Source of the DNA: Auanema rhodensis
Lineage: Eukaryota > Animalia > Nematoda
NCBI GenBank assembly: GCA_964057225.1
Contig: OZ059894.1
Location: 11,470,001 to 11,534,000 of the forward strand
Direction: 5' to 3'
DNA length: 64,000 nt
Shown: positions 9,379 to 21,010 of the stretch, in pieces
Layout: each line of letters begins with the position of its first letter
Numbering within the stretch: position 1 is the stretch's first letter
The notes under the pieces: model-generated
Seen by the model: the letters and a program-made list of their open reading frames with translations, nothing else
Databases searched by the model: none
What the model was told of the DNA's origin: nothing
Position numbers and translations under genes: made by a program

Positions 9379-12300
9379 AATGGTTTATTGAATAACTAAT
9401 GTTATGAAACAATAAATAACCAATAAAAAAGAGCCCAGAATCGGGGAGACGGTATTACCAGTACAACTTAAAACAGCAAGTGATTAAAAAGTACAAAATA
9501 AAACACATTACCAACAGAGGCTAAAACGACTCAAGAGTCGGGGGAGTGGGTTAAAAAAAGTAATGAATAACAAAAAAAATGAATAATAAAGCAGAACAGT
9601 GAAAAGTAAATATCAAGTGCCGCTATGATCAAACAATTTGAGTGCCTACGGCAATGGTGTTAAAAATAAACAACAAAATACATGTACCAATGAAGGTCAG
9701 AAAGAGAGAAAGAAAAAAGACAAAAATAAGTAATACAAAAAGTAAAAAATATATTACAATCAAATCACAAACAAGTCAATGGATAATTTCTTCTTCATAC
9801 TGCCTTACACCAGAAACATGTTCCACGTAGATATTCCTGGCCCACTTGATGGTATCGGCGACGACGAGCTTCTCCATTAGCCGGTTGTAGTGGCTGCTGA
9901 TCTTGAGTGATCGGAGGGCTTGTACGTTGAGCGGGTCCATAGTTCCAAGCATTCCTACGACATACGCTTCTACACTAGTCTTATAACCAAGACATTGGTA
10001 TTGGCTGGCTATGTCAGCATATTTCCTCTCCTTTATCATACGCGCGGCTATCATGGCTTGTCGGCGGTTTTCATAGCTCACTGTAACATCAACGATACTA
10101 CAGTGTTTTGCGTCATGATCGACCACTACTATGTCAGGTCGGAGTGTACTATTAATGCCAGGAAGAGGCTGGTTAGTGTAAACTTCTCCGTTTTTAGGCT
10201 CTGGCAGGGCTTTGATAAGACGGTCCACGATGTTGTTGTGGCGGAGTTGGATTGCTCTCGTGTGAAAGTGGCAGTGTCCAAGAACATGTGCAGCAGTTTC
10301 GTTGGGGTAACTACACCTGCGGCACTGTTTGTTTCCTTCTCCGTGTCTTCTACAGCCATTGAGCTGGAGAGTATTAAGTCGAGCCTTGTGGATGAATCGC
10401 CAATCAGCAAACCGTATGAAATCTCCCTTCGCCATAAAGTGATTGGACGCTTTGTTGAGCATTGTGACATCAAAGACTTTCCCTTGATCCGGTTTTTGAA
10501 GAAGGATCCGAAGGTCTTTCAGCCATAATGCACGTCGCAGGCTTCTGTGGCATAGTGAAGGTGTTAACAGTTGGTTGTTTAGATTGAGTTCTAAACCACT
10601 TTCGAGGCATGTCCAGTTAGCGTTGATGAGTTTCTTGAGTTGACGCATCGCTACTCTTACTCTAGTCCAGATGGAGGAAACATCAGATGTTTCGGTGTCG
10701 AAAATGCCATCAACGGAACCGTTGTAATATGCAGCTGTCTCATCGTTACTGGCTTGACGTTTAATCCTTTTTGATGCTACTTTTATTGAGTCTTGATGCG
10801 CAATATCAGCTACTACAAGATCAGATGACTTCAAAAGTTGGTAGGCATGAGTGACTTCACAGACGTCTGACAGGTGTTGGAGTCGAGAGAGACCAAGTCC
10901 GCCGTAGTTGGTTGGCAGGTAGATTGGTTCAGCACTGGCGTTTGGAGGATAGTGCATCCATCTACGGGCACAGCGTTTGAGTTCTTTGTCAAAGGCGACT
11001 AGTTTACTCTTTGGGACGTGGCCATTCGTCATATGAAAATTAAGGCAGGGCATCAGGAAGGTGCGTACTGCGTCAGCTTTCTGCCATTCAGCCAGTAAGG
11101 ATTTGTCAATTTTTTCCAAGTGTTGACTCATGATATTCACTGTTGGAACCGCAGACTTATGTAAATGCATTCCAGTAGGGATTCCCAGGTGGGAGTAGCT
11201 GTCAAATTTGCTGAGAGCGGGTAGAAAGCAGCTCTGAAGCATGTATGAGGCTGTTGATATTTTCCCTTTGTCGATCGTCAAAGTGGCGCATTTCGCTGGT
11301 TTGAAGGTCAAGCCTGTGAAATTAGCCGCATTTGATGCTGCGTCCAACATTTTCTGTAGATCTTCTGATGATGAGGAGACCAGGGCAAGGTCATCGGCGT
11401 ACGCTAGCACAGCGATGTTGTGATTGTGTAGCTTATAGCCTGTAGAGGTTTCCAAGATGGTTTTAATTAGAGGTTCAATGGCAAGGTTGAACAGGATCGG
11501 AGATAGTGGGGATCCTTGTAACACACCTGCGTGAACTGGAATGGTCGAAGTGAGTCCGGAGCCTGTCTGGATTCTTGTAGAGGCATCTGTGTATAGAGCT
11601 CGTACTCGGGATATTGAGGCTTCAGCCATTCCTGACCATCTTAGAACGTCTAGCAGAGTTTCGTGTGGCAGCGATCCAAAAGCGTTTGCGAGATCAAGCC
11701 AAGCAATTGCAATTTTCTCACGTTTACGTTTAGCGTCTGCAATGGTACTTTGCAACAAAAAGTTGTGTTCCATGCATCCAGCTTTGGCCACAAAGCCCTT
11801 TTGGGAGGGAGAAAGTCTTTTTTCTGCTCTTGCCCATGTTAGCAGTCGATGCGTAAGACAAGCTGAGTACGTCTTACCAATTGTGCACGAAAGTGCTATT
11901 GGTCGCCAGTTGTTAATGTCAGCTTTATCACCTTTCTTATGGATGAGGACGGTGGTCGACTCTTTCCAGGAAAAAGGGATGTGTCCTAGCTTGTGTACGG
12001 TGTTAAATATCGCTGCTAATATGTGACCTCCTTGGTCAAATTTCTTCCAGTGCGAGTATCGAAGTCCATCAGCTCCTGGAGCCGTATCGCTGCAACGTCG
12101 TATGCGTTCCCAGACTTCCAAAGGGGTGAAAACACCTTCTAATGGGTCGGTACTAGTTGGCAAATCCGGTCTGGTGACTGTGATGGGGAGGGCTGGGCCT
12201 TGACTGCTGTGAACAGAAAGGAAGTGTTTTTCAACATCTGCAGATGGTATGGTGCAGGTTTCACTTTGTTCTCCGAGCAGTTGTCGAAAGGCTTTCTTCT

Positions 12301-13106
12301 TGTTGGCCCTCCAAAGCTTCTGGATCTTCATCGCCTGGGTTTTTTGGTCTTCCTCAGGTTGTGTGTGTGGTCGGCGCCTTTGTCGGAAGTTGGGAACTTT
12401 GATCATAATGTCAAGAGACTTTCTGATTGTGTCTACCAACTCTTCCAGGACCTGCTCGAGCTCACTTTTGCATACTACCTTTTTAATTCTATCCACCCAA
12501 ATATTTTCAGAGTTTCTATTCGGATCAGGGTCGGCAAAAGATGGTTCTGTACTCGGAACCCTGATCTCGTTGAATATTTCACTCTCTCGCGGAAGGGGGG
12601 AAACTTCGGCCTCTGGGGACAAGTCCAGAATTGGGGCCTCAAACAAGCGTACCGTTGATGGAGATCCTTGTTCCTGTCCACTGGATGATGTTTCCTCCAT
12701 TGTACGCTCCTCCACGGGCGGGGTGGTCGTCCTTGTGCCTGGTGGGCGGGTGTTCCTGATCCTCCGCAATATAGGGCGGGAACTGGGCTCTCTCGGAGAT
12801 AGAGGTGAGATCACCACAGTTTCCTCTATGATGCGGAGGCATCCTTCAGCTTTTTTCTGATGGCTTTTAACGGCCTTCAGATTGCTGGTGAGGCCACAGG
12901 CACGGCACTCAAATTCTACTCCGACCTCATGTTCTCTCCGAAGATGGCGGACGAGACCATTGTGGTCTGAGTAGGATCGCGGAATAGGAGCGCAGATTGA
13001 ACAAGAAAAAGGGCTCTGAAGAGGCACCTTTAGCTTGTAAAGCCCTTGCTCCATCTCTAGCAGATCTAAAGACTTACGTAGTACAGTTGCAATATCGATT
13101 TAGCCA
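9379..13106 (-). mobile_element. Full-length Utopia-type (U2-targeting, RLE) non-LTR retrotransposon, variant alpha, 3728 bp
   Basis: Single RT-RLE ORF inserted in U2 in the same orientation; 52-nt unique 5' UTR; about 400-nt U-rich 3' UTR ending AATAAACCATT. Confidence 0.94.
9776..13054 (-). CDS. Retrotransposon protein: zinc fingers + reverse transcriptase + CCHC knuckle + restriction-like endonuclease (1092 aa)
   Basis: C2H2 finger CSIC...HLRREH; RT motifs APGADG, NWRPIAL, LDLANAF, QGSPLSP, YADD, GGLGL; CRRC...ETAAHVLGHC; RHN; RPDIV...VDV...KERKY. Confidence 0.97.
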   Translation of the reverse strand: MEQGLYKLKVPLQSPFSCSICAPIPRSYSDHNGLVRHLRREHEVGVEFECRACGLTSNLKAVKSHQKKAEGCLRIIEETVVISPLSPREPSSRPILRRIRNTRPPGTRTTTPPVEERTMEETSSSGQEQGSPSTVRLFEAPILDLSPEAEVSPLPRESEIFNEIRVPSTEPSFADPDPNRNSENIWVDRIKKVVCKSELEQVLEELVDTIRKSLDIMIKVPNFRQRRRPHTQPEEDQKTQAMKIQKLWRANKKKAFRQLLGEQSETCTIPSADVEKHFLSVHSSQGPALPITVTRPDLPTSTDPLEGVFTPLEVWERIRRCSDTAPGADGLRYSHWKKFDQGGHILAAIFNTVHKLGHIPFSWKESTTVLIHKKGDKADINNWRPIALSCTIGKTYSACLTHRLLTWARAEKRLSPSQKGFVAKAGCMEHNFLLQSTIADAKRKREKIAIAWLDLANAFGSLPHETLLDVLRWSGMAEASISRVRALYTDASTRIQTGSGLTSTIPVHAGVLQGSPLSPILFNLAIEPLIKTILETSTGYKLHNHNIAVLAYADDLALVSSSSEDLQKMLDAASNAANFTGLTFKPAKCATLTIDKGKISTASYMLQSCFLPALSKFDSYSHLGIPTGMHLHKSAVPTVNIMSQHLEKIDKSLLAEWQKADAVRTFLMPCLNFHMTNGHVPKSKLVAFDKELKRCARRWMHYPPNASAEPIYLPTNYGGLGLSRLQHLSDVCEVTHAYQLLKSSDLVVADIAHQDSIKVASKRIKRQASNDETAAYYNGSVDGIFDTETSDVSSIWTRVRVAMRQLKKLINANWTCLESGLELNLNNQLLTPSLCHRSLRRALWLKDLRILLQKPDQGKVFDVTMLNKASNHFMAKGDFIRFADWRFIHKARLNTLQLNGCRRHGEGNKQCRRCSYPNETAAHVLGHCHFHTRAIQLRHNNIVDRLIKALPEPKNGEVYTNQPLPGINSTLRPDIVVVDHDAKHCSIVDVTVSYENRRQAMIAARMIKERKYADIASQYQCLGYKTSVEAYVVGMLGTMDPLNVQALRSLKISSHYNRLMEKLVVADTIKWARNIYVEHVSGVRQYEEEIIH

Positions 13107-13202
13107 TTAACCTTATTGTGAACCAATGGAACACATATCGAAGGTTAATTCGATAAGAACGATTACTACACTTTGATCTTAGCCAAAAGGCCGAGAAGCG
13201 AT
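13107..13202 (-). pseudogene. Interrupted U2 snRNA, nt 1-96
   Basis: U2 match stops at nt 96 and continues into the element 5' UTR. Confidence 0.92.
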
Positions 13203-13644
13203 ACAGCATAGCCATGAGTATCAAAGACATCAAGCAAATGTATCGTACTTGTTACGAGTGCACTCTCTCATTTGAATATAAAAGTGTGGTTTGACAATCT
13301 TGACTGTACAGGTCATAAATGGCTCATATAAACTGTGGATTTACTCAACTTTTGGACTTATTTTTTTCTTATTCGAAGCGCTGCACTTTTTTCTATTCTT
13401 TTTATTCAAATACTTGTATATAGTTTTATATGTACGGTTGCAAAGTTTCCGAATATTTTATATATTTTTATACAATAATTAGGAGAAGGTTAATACAATG
13501 AAATCTCCCAACTTTACAGTGTTTGTATTGCTTACAGTATCTAGAACAACCACTCTTGTAATATTAGAGCACATATCAATCAACAACTTTTTCTAGTTAT
13601 CAAAGCTTTTTTATTTCTTCAAGATATTTCAAATAAAATATAAA

Positions 13645-13763
13645 AGCTTACGACACCCGGGATTCCCAAGCCGTCTCCGATCCAAGTACTAACCGGGCCC
13701 AACGTTGCTTGACTTGCCAGATCGGACGGGATGGCGTACTTTCAACGTGGTATGGTCGTAAGC
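13645..13763 (-). rRNA. 5S rRNA
   Basis: Identical copy. Confidence 0.96.
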
Positions 13764-14004
13764 AATGTTATATTCTTCATTATCAGTTATATCACTCTAA
13801 ATCTTGTTGTTAATAGTTAGGACCACAAAGAAAACAACAGGAACAGTAACAAATGAAATGCCCAAACTTTACAGTGTTCGAGTTATTTACAGTATCTAAG
13901 ACTACCTCTGTCGTGTTATTAGAGCAAACATTCGATTAACAACAACTTTTTTTTAGTTATCAAAGCTTTTTTATTTCTTCAAAAAATTTCAAATAAAATA
14001 TAAA

Positions 14005-14123
14005 AGCTTACGACACCCGGGATTCCCAAGCCGTCTCCGATCCAAGTACTAACCGGGCCCAACGTTGCTTGACTTGCCAGATCGGACGGGATGGCGTACT
14101 TTCAACGTGGTATGGTCGTAAGC
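14005..14123 (-). rRNA. 5S rRNA
   Basis: Identical copy. Confidence 0.96.
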
Positions 14124-15475
14124 AATGTCATATTCTTCATTATCAGTTATATCACTCTAAATCTTGTTGTTAATAGATACGACCACAAAGAAAACAACAG
14201 GAACAGTAACAATAACAAAAAAAATTTTTTTTTCACCTATGTGTCTAAAGGTTAGCCATGTATCCGTTTATATATATATATATATATATATCAACAGTAA
14301 AAAGTCCAATCAAGAGAGAAATTTTTTCAACACATAGTTGTTTTTTTTTTAAATATCATTGTTTTTCCTCATAACTCGGTTTAAACTCGTTCTAACCCGT
14401 TGAAATACGTCTAGAAAGTCTTTATAACATGCATATGTATGATAGAACTTCATATTTATTGTAATAGAAAATTTTATTTTCAGACGTCTTGGTTAACAAT
14501 GATATGTTTTACCCCCTTATAATTTTTATCATAATGTTCCTTATACGGAACGCTCAATGAAACTTGCTTCCAGAAAAATTTCTTTCTATTTTTTCTTCAT
14601 ATGTACGTAGATACTATAGAGAACTATGATAGAAAACTTTAACATTCACGAAATCATCATTTCTCATTACGCTACGGAGGTTTAAAAAGCTGTGTTTTAC
14701 CTTATAATAGACCGGAAAACCCTTGTGTTAAAACTGGACCGTTTTTACACATATAAAAATGTCCCGTATTCGGGACCCTAATGTAACTTTTGATTCCCTA
14801 TATTTTTTTTCATGAAATTTACAATCTACTGTAGAAAGAAGAATTATTTTTATAAAAACTGTAAATTTTTGAAAAATGAAAACAAAACGAAAACAAAAAC
14901 AACTTTTTTTTGAACATTTTCTCACACAAGGGTCCCCCCTTACCTACTTTTTTTCTCATTACTCGTTTCAACCTCATCCGATCACTCTGCAAACATGTTT
15001 AATCGTTCTAACTTGTTGAAATACGTCTTAAAAGTCTAAACAACATGCATATGCATAATAGAAACCACCCGAATAGGCCCCCACGCACTAAACGAGATAT
15101 ATACATTACCAGTATAGTAATAGAACACATATTGAAGATTAATTCGATAAGAACAATTTATTGACGTAGAGAATGTTTGTTCCGAAAAACTACAATATTA
15201 AACTATAAAAGTAACAAAAGCGTAGAGGCAGCAAAGACATGAATAAACATAAATGTAAATACAGAATTACCAGGTAGTACATAAGTATGACAAAAAATTA
15301 TAAGAAAGCCATGAAAATAGAAGGTTTGTGAACAAATGAGAGGTACATCTTTGATCGTATAGTCATTTCTAAACCGTTCGTATGCTGCAGCATCGTCATA
15401 AGCGTCACTCAAGTTGAATTTCCATGTGTACTACACGATTTTCATTCTTATTGTTACATTCTTTCCCTGAGGGAA

Positions 15476-15659
15476 TGGGCCGTTCCCGCCAGCAGTGCAA
15501 GAGCGGGTCGACCCGTGAGGTGGAGCTAGCAAGCCAGCATCTACCTCAAGTCTCAAAAATCGGTTAACCTTATTGTGAACCAATGGAACACATATCGAAG
15601 GTTAATTCGATAAGAACGATTACTACACTTTGATCTTAGCCAAAAGGCCGAGAAGCGAT
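15476..15659 (-). ncRNA. U2 snRNA
   Basis: Intact copy. Confidence 0.96.
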
Positions 15660-16101
15660 ACAGCATAGCCATGAGTATCAAAGACATCAAGCAAATGTAT
15701 CGTACTTGTTACGAGTGCACTCTCTCATTTGAATATAAAAGTGTGGTTTGACAATCTTGACTGTACAGGTCATAAATGGCTCATATAAACTGTGGATTTA
15801 CTCAACTTTTGGACTTATTTTTTTCTTATTCGAAGCGCTGCACTTTTTTCTATTCTTTTTATTCAAATACTTGTATATAGTTTTATATGTACGGTTGCAA
15901 AGTTTCCGAATATTTTATATATTTTTATACAATAATTAGGAGAAGGTTAATACAATGAAATCTCCCAACTTTACAGTGTTTGTATTGCTTACAGTATCTA
16001 GAACAACCACTCTTGTAATATTAGAGCACATATCAATCAACAACTTTTTCTAGTTATCAAAGCTTTTTTATTTCTTCAAGATATTTCAAATAAAATATAA
16101 A

Positions 16102-16220
16102 AGCTTACGACACCCGGGATTCCCAAGCCGTCTCCGATCCAAGTACTAACCGGGCCCAACGTTGCTTGACTTGCCAGATCGGACGGGATGGCGTACTTTC
16201 AACGTGGTATGGTCGTAAGC
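16102..16220 (-). rRNA. 5S rRNA
   Basis: Identical copy. Confidence 0.96.
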
Positions 16221-16461
16221 AATGTTATATTCTTCATTATCAGTTATATCACTCTAAATCTTGTTGTTAATAGTTAGGACCACAAAGAAAACAACAGGAA
16301 CAGTAACAAATGAAATGCCCAAACTTTACAGTGTTCGAGTTATTTACAGTATCTAAGACTACCTCTGTCGTGTTATTAGAGCAAACATTCGATTAACAAC
16401 AACTTTTTTTTAGTTATCAAAGCTTTTTTATTTCTTCAAAAAATTTCAAATAAAATATAAA

Positions 16462-16580
16462 AGCTTACGACACCCGGGATTCCCAAGCCGTCTCCGATCC
16501 AAGTACTAACCGGGCCCAACGTTGCTTGACTTGCCAGATCGGACGGGATGGCGTACTTTCAACGTGGTATGGTCGTAAGC
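16462..16580 (-). rRNA. 5S rRNA
   Basis: Identical copy. Confidence 0.96.
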
Positions 16581-16722
16581 AATGTCATATTCTTCATTAT
16601 CAGTTATATCACTCTAAATCTTGTTGTTAATAGATACGACCACAAAGAAAACAACAGGAACAGTAACAATAACAAAAAAAATTTTTTTTTCACCTATGTG
16701 TCTAAAGGTTAGCCATGTATCC

Positions 16723-16774
<52 letters not shown>

Positions 16775-17956
16775 ACAGTAAAAAGTCCAATCAAGAGAGA
16801 AATTTTTTCAACACATAGTTGTTTTTTTTTTAAATATCATTGTTTTTCCTCATAACTCGGTTTAAACTCGTTCTAACCCGTTGAAATACGTCTAGAAAGT
16901 CTTTATAACATGCATATGTATGATAGAACTTCATATTTATTGTAATAGAAAATTTTATTTTCAGACGTCTTGGTTAACAATGATATGTTTTACCCCCTTA
17001 TAATTTTTATCATAATGTTCCTTATACGGAACGCTCAATGAAACTTGCTTCCAGAAAAATTTCTTTCTATTTTTTCTTCATATGTACGTAGATACTATAG
17101 AGAACTATGATAGAAAACTTTAACATTCACGAAATCATCATTTCTCATTACGCTACGGAGGTTTAAAAAGCTGTGTTTTACCTTATAATAGACCGGAAAA
17201 CCCTTGTGTTAAAACTGGACCGTTTTTACACATATAAAAATGTCCCGTATTCGGGACCCTAATGTAACTTTTGATTCCCTATATTTTTTTTCATGAAATT
17301 TACAATCTACTGTAGAAAGAAGAATTATTTTTATAAAAACTGTAAATTTTTGAAAAATGAAAACAAAACGAAAACAAAAACAACTTTTTTTTGAACATTT
17401 TCTCACACAAGGGTCCCCCCTTACCTACTTTTTTTCTCATTACTCGTTTCAACCTCATCCGATCACTCTGCAAACATGTTTAATCGTTCTAACTTGTTGA
17501 AATACGTCTTAAAAGTCTAAACAACATGCATATGCATAATAGAAACCACCCGAATAGGCCCCCACGCACTAAACGAGATATATACATTACCAGTATAGTA
17601 ATAGAACACATATTGAAGATTAATTCGATAAGAACAATTTATTGACGTAGAGAATGTTTGTTCCGAAAAACTACAATATTAAACTATAAAAGTAACAAAA
17701 GCGTAGAGGCAGCAAAGACATGAATAAACATAAATGTAAATACAGAATTACCAGGTAGTACATAAGTATGACAAAAAATTATAAGAAAGCCATGAAAATA
17801 GAAGGTTTGTGAACAAATGAGAGGTACATCTTTGATCGTATAGTCATTTCTAAACCGTTCGTATGCTGCAGCATCGTCATAAGCGTCACTCAAGTTGAAT
17901 TTCCATGTGTACTACACGATTTTCATTCTTATTGTTACATTCTTTCCCTGAGGGAA

Positions 17957-18140
17957 TGGGCCGTTCCCGCCAGCAGTGCAAGAGCGGGTCGACCCGTGAG
18001 GTGGAGCTAGCAAGCCAGCATCTACCTCAAGTCTCAAAAATCGGTTAACCTTATTGTGAACCAATGGAACACATATCGAAGGTTAATTCGATAAGAACGA
18101 TTACTACACTTTGATCTTAGCCAAAAGGCCGAGAAGCGAT
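17957..18140 (-). ncRNA. U2 snRNA
   Basis: Intact copy. Confidence 0.96.
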
Positions 18141-18582
18141 ACAGCATAGCCATGAGTATCAAAGACATCAAGCAAATGTATCGTACTTGTTACGAGTGCA
18201 CTCTCTCATTTGAATATAAAAGTGTGGTTTGACAATCTTGACTGTACAGGTCATAAATGGCTCATATAAACTGTGGATTTACTCAACTTTTGGACTTATT
18301 TTTTTCTTATTCGAAGCGCTGCACTTTTTTCTATTCTTTTTATTCAAATACTTGTATATAGTTTTATATGTACGGTTGCAAAGTTTCCGAATATTTTATA
18401 TATTTTTATACAATAATTAGGAGAAGGTTAATACAATGAAATCTCCCAACTTTACAGTGTTTGTATTGCTTACAGTATCTAGAACAACCACTCTTGTAAT
18501 ATTAGAGCACATATCAATCAACAACTTTTTCTAGTTATCAAAGCTTTTTTATTTCTTCAAAAAATTTCAAATAAAATATAAA

Positions 18583-18701
18583 AGCTTACGACACCCGGGA
18601 TTCCCAAGCCGTCTCCGATCCAAGTACTAACCGGGCCCAACGTTGCTTGACTTGCCAGATCGGACGGGATGGCGTACTTTCAACGTGGTATGGTCGTAAG
18701 C
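18583..18701 (-). rRNA. 5S rRNA (single-5S unit)
   Basis: Identical copy; unit lacks the 360-bp duplication. Confidence 0.96.
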
Positions 18702-18843
18702 AATGTCATATTCTTCATTATCAGTTATATCACTCTAAATCTTGTTGTTAATAGATACGACCACAAAGAAAACAACAGGAACAGTAACAATAACAAAAAA
18801 AATTTTTTTTTCACCTATGTGTCTAAAGGTTAGCCATGTATCC

Positions 18844-18893
<50 letters not shown>

Positions 18894-20075
18894 ACAGTAA
18901 AAAGTCCAATCAAGAGAGAAATTTTTTCAACACATAGTTGTTTTTTTTTTAAATATCATTGTTTTTCCTCATAACTCGGTTTAAACTCGTTCTAACCCGT
19001 TGAAATACGTCTAGAAAGTCTTTATAACATGCATATGTATGATAGAACTTCATATTTATTGTAATAGAAAATTTTATTTTCAGACGTCTTGGTTAACAAT
19101 GATATGTTTTACCCCCTTATAATTTTTATCATAATGTTCCTTATACGGAACGCTCAATGAAACTTGCTTCCAGAAAAATTTCTTTCTATTTTTTCTTCAT
19201 ATGTACGTAGATACTATAGAGAACTATGATAGAAAACTTTAACATTCACGAAATCATCATTTCTCATTACGCTACGGAGGTTTAAAAAGCTGTGTTTTAC
19301 CTTATAATAGACCGGAAAACCCTTGTGTTAAAACTGGACCGTTTTTACACATATAAAAATGTCCCGTATTCGGGACCCTAATGTAACTTTTGATTCCCTA
19401 TATTTTTTTTCATGAAATTTACAATCTACTGTAGAAAGAAGAATTATTTTTATAAAAACTGTAAATTTTTGAAAAATGAAAACAAAACGAAAACAAAAAC
19501 AACTTTTTTTTGAACATTTTCTCACACAAGGGTCCCCCCTTACCTACTTTTTTTCTCATTACTCGTTTCAACCTCATCCGATCACTCTGCAAACATGTTT
19601 AATCGTTCTAACTTGTTGAAATACGTCTTAAAAGTCTAAACAACATGCATATGCATAATAGAAACCACCCGAATAGGCCCCCACGCACTAAACGAGATAT
19701 ATACATTACCAGTATAGTAATAGAACACATATTGAAGATTAATTCGATAAGAACAATTTATTGACGTAGAGAATGTTTGTTCCGAAAAACTACAATATTA
19801 AACTATAAAAGTAACAAAAGCGTAGAGGCAGCAAAGACATGAATAAACATAAATGTAAATACAGAATTACCAGGTAGTACATAAGTATGACAAAAAATTA
19901 TAAGAAAGCCATGAAAATAGAAGGTTTGTGAACAAATGAGAGGTACATCTTTGATCGTATAGTCATTTCTAAACCGTTCGTATGCTGCAGCATCGTCATA
20001 AGCGTCACTCAAGTTGAATTTCCATGTGTACTACACGATTTTCATTCTTATTGTTACATTCTTTCCCTGAGGGAA

Positions 20076-20259
20076 TGGGCCGTTCCCGCCAGCAGTGCAA
20101 GAGCGGGTCGACCCGTGAGGTGGAGCTAGCAAGCCAGCATCTACCTCAAGTCTCAAAAATCGGTTAACCTTATTGTGAACCAATGGAACACATATCGAAG
20201 GTTAATTCGATAAGAACGATTACTACACTTTGATCTTAGCCAAAAGGCCGAGAAGCGAT
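20076..20259 (-). ncRNA. U2 snRNA
   Basis: Intact copy. Confidence 0.96.
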
Positions 20260-20701
20260 ACAGCATAGCCATGAGTATCAAAGACATCAAGCAAATGTAT
20301 CGTACTTGTTACGAGTGCACTCTCTCATTTGAATATAAAAGTGTGGTTTGACAATCTTGACTGTACAGGTCATAAATGGCTCATATAAACTGTGGATTTA
20401 CTCAACTTTTGGACTTATTTTTTTCTTATTCGAAGCGCTGCACTTTTTTCTATTCTTTTTATTCAAATACTTGTATATAGTTTTATATGTACGGTTGCAA
20501 AGTTTCCGAATATTTTATATATTTTTATACAATAATTAGGAGAAGGTTAATACAATGAAATCTCCCAACTTTACAGTGTTTGTATTGCTTACAGTATCTA
20601 GAACAACCACTCTTGTAATATTAGAGCACATATCAATCAACAACTTTTTCTAGTTATCAAAGCTTTTTTATTTCTTCAAGATATTTCAAATAAAATATAA
20701 A

Positions 20702-20820
20702 AGCTTACGACACCCGGGATTCCCAAGCCGTCTCCGATCCAAGTACTAACCGGGCCCAACGTTGCTTGACTTGCCAGATCGGACGGGATGGCGTACTTTC
20801 AACGTGGTATGGTCGTAAGC
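20702..20820 (-). rRNA. 5S rRNA (single-5S unit)
   Basis: Identical copy; unit lacks the 360-bp duplication. Confidence 0.96.
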
Positions 20821-20962
20821 AATGTTATATTCTTCATTATCAGTTATATCACTCTAAATCTTGTTGTTAATAGTTAGGACCACAAAGAAAACAACAGGAA
20901 CAGTAACAATAACAAAAAAAATTTTTTTTTCACCTATGTGTCTAAAGGTTAGCCATGTATCC

Positions 20963-21010
<48 letters not shown>

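Noticed and set aside
9920-12860. Overlapping and antisense ORFs of 60-203 aa inside the retrotransposon
   Set aside because: Shadow frames of the RT ORF with no recognisable domains
13055-13106. HDV-like ribozyme at the autonomous 5' end, as in R2
   Set aside because: Only 52 unique nt, and no nested double pseudoknot could be fitted
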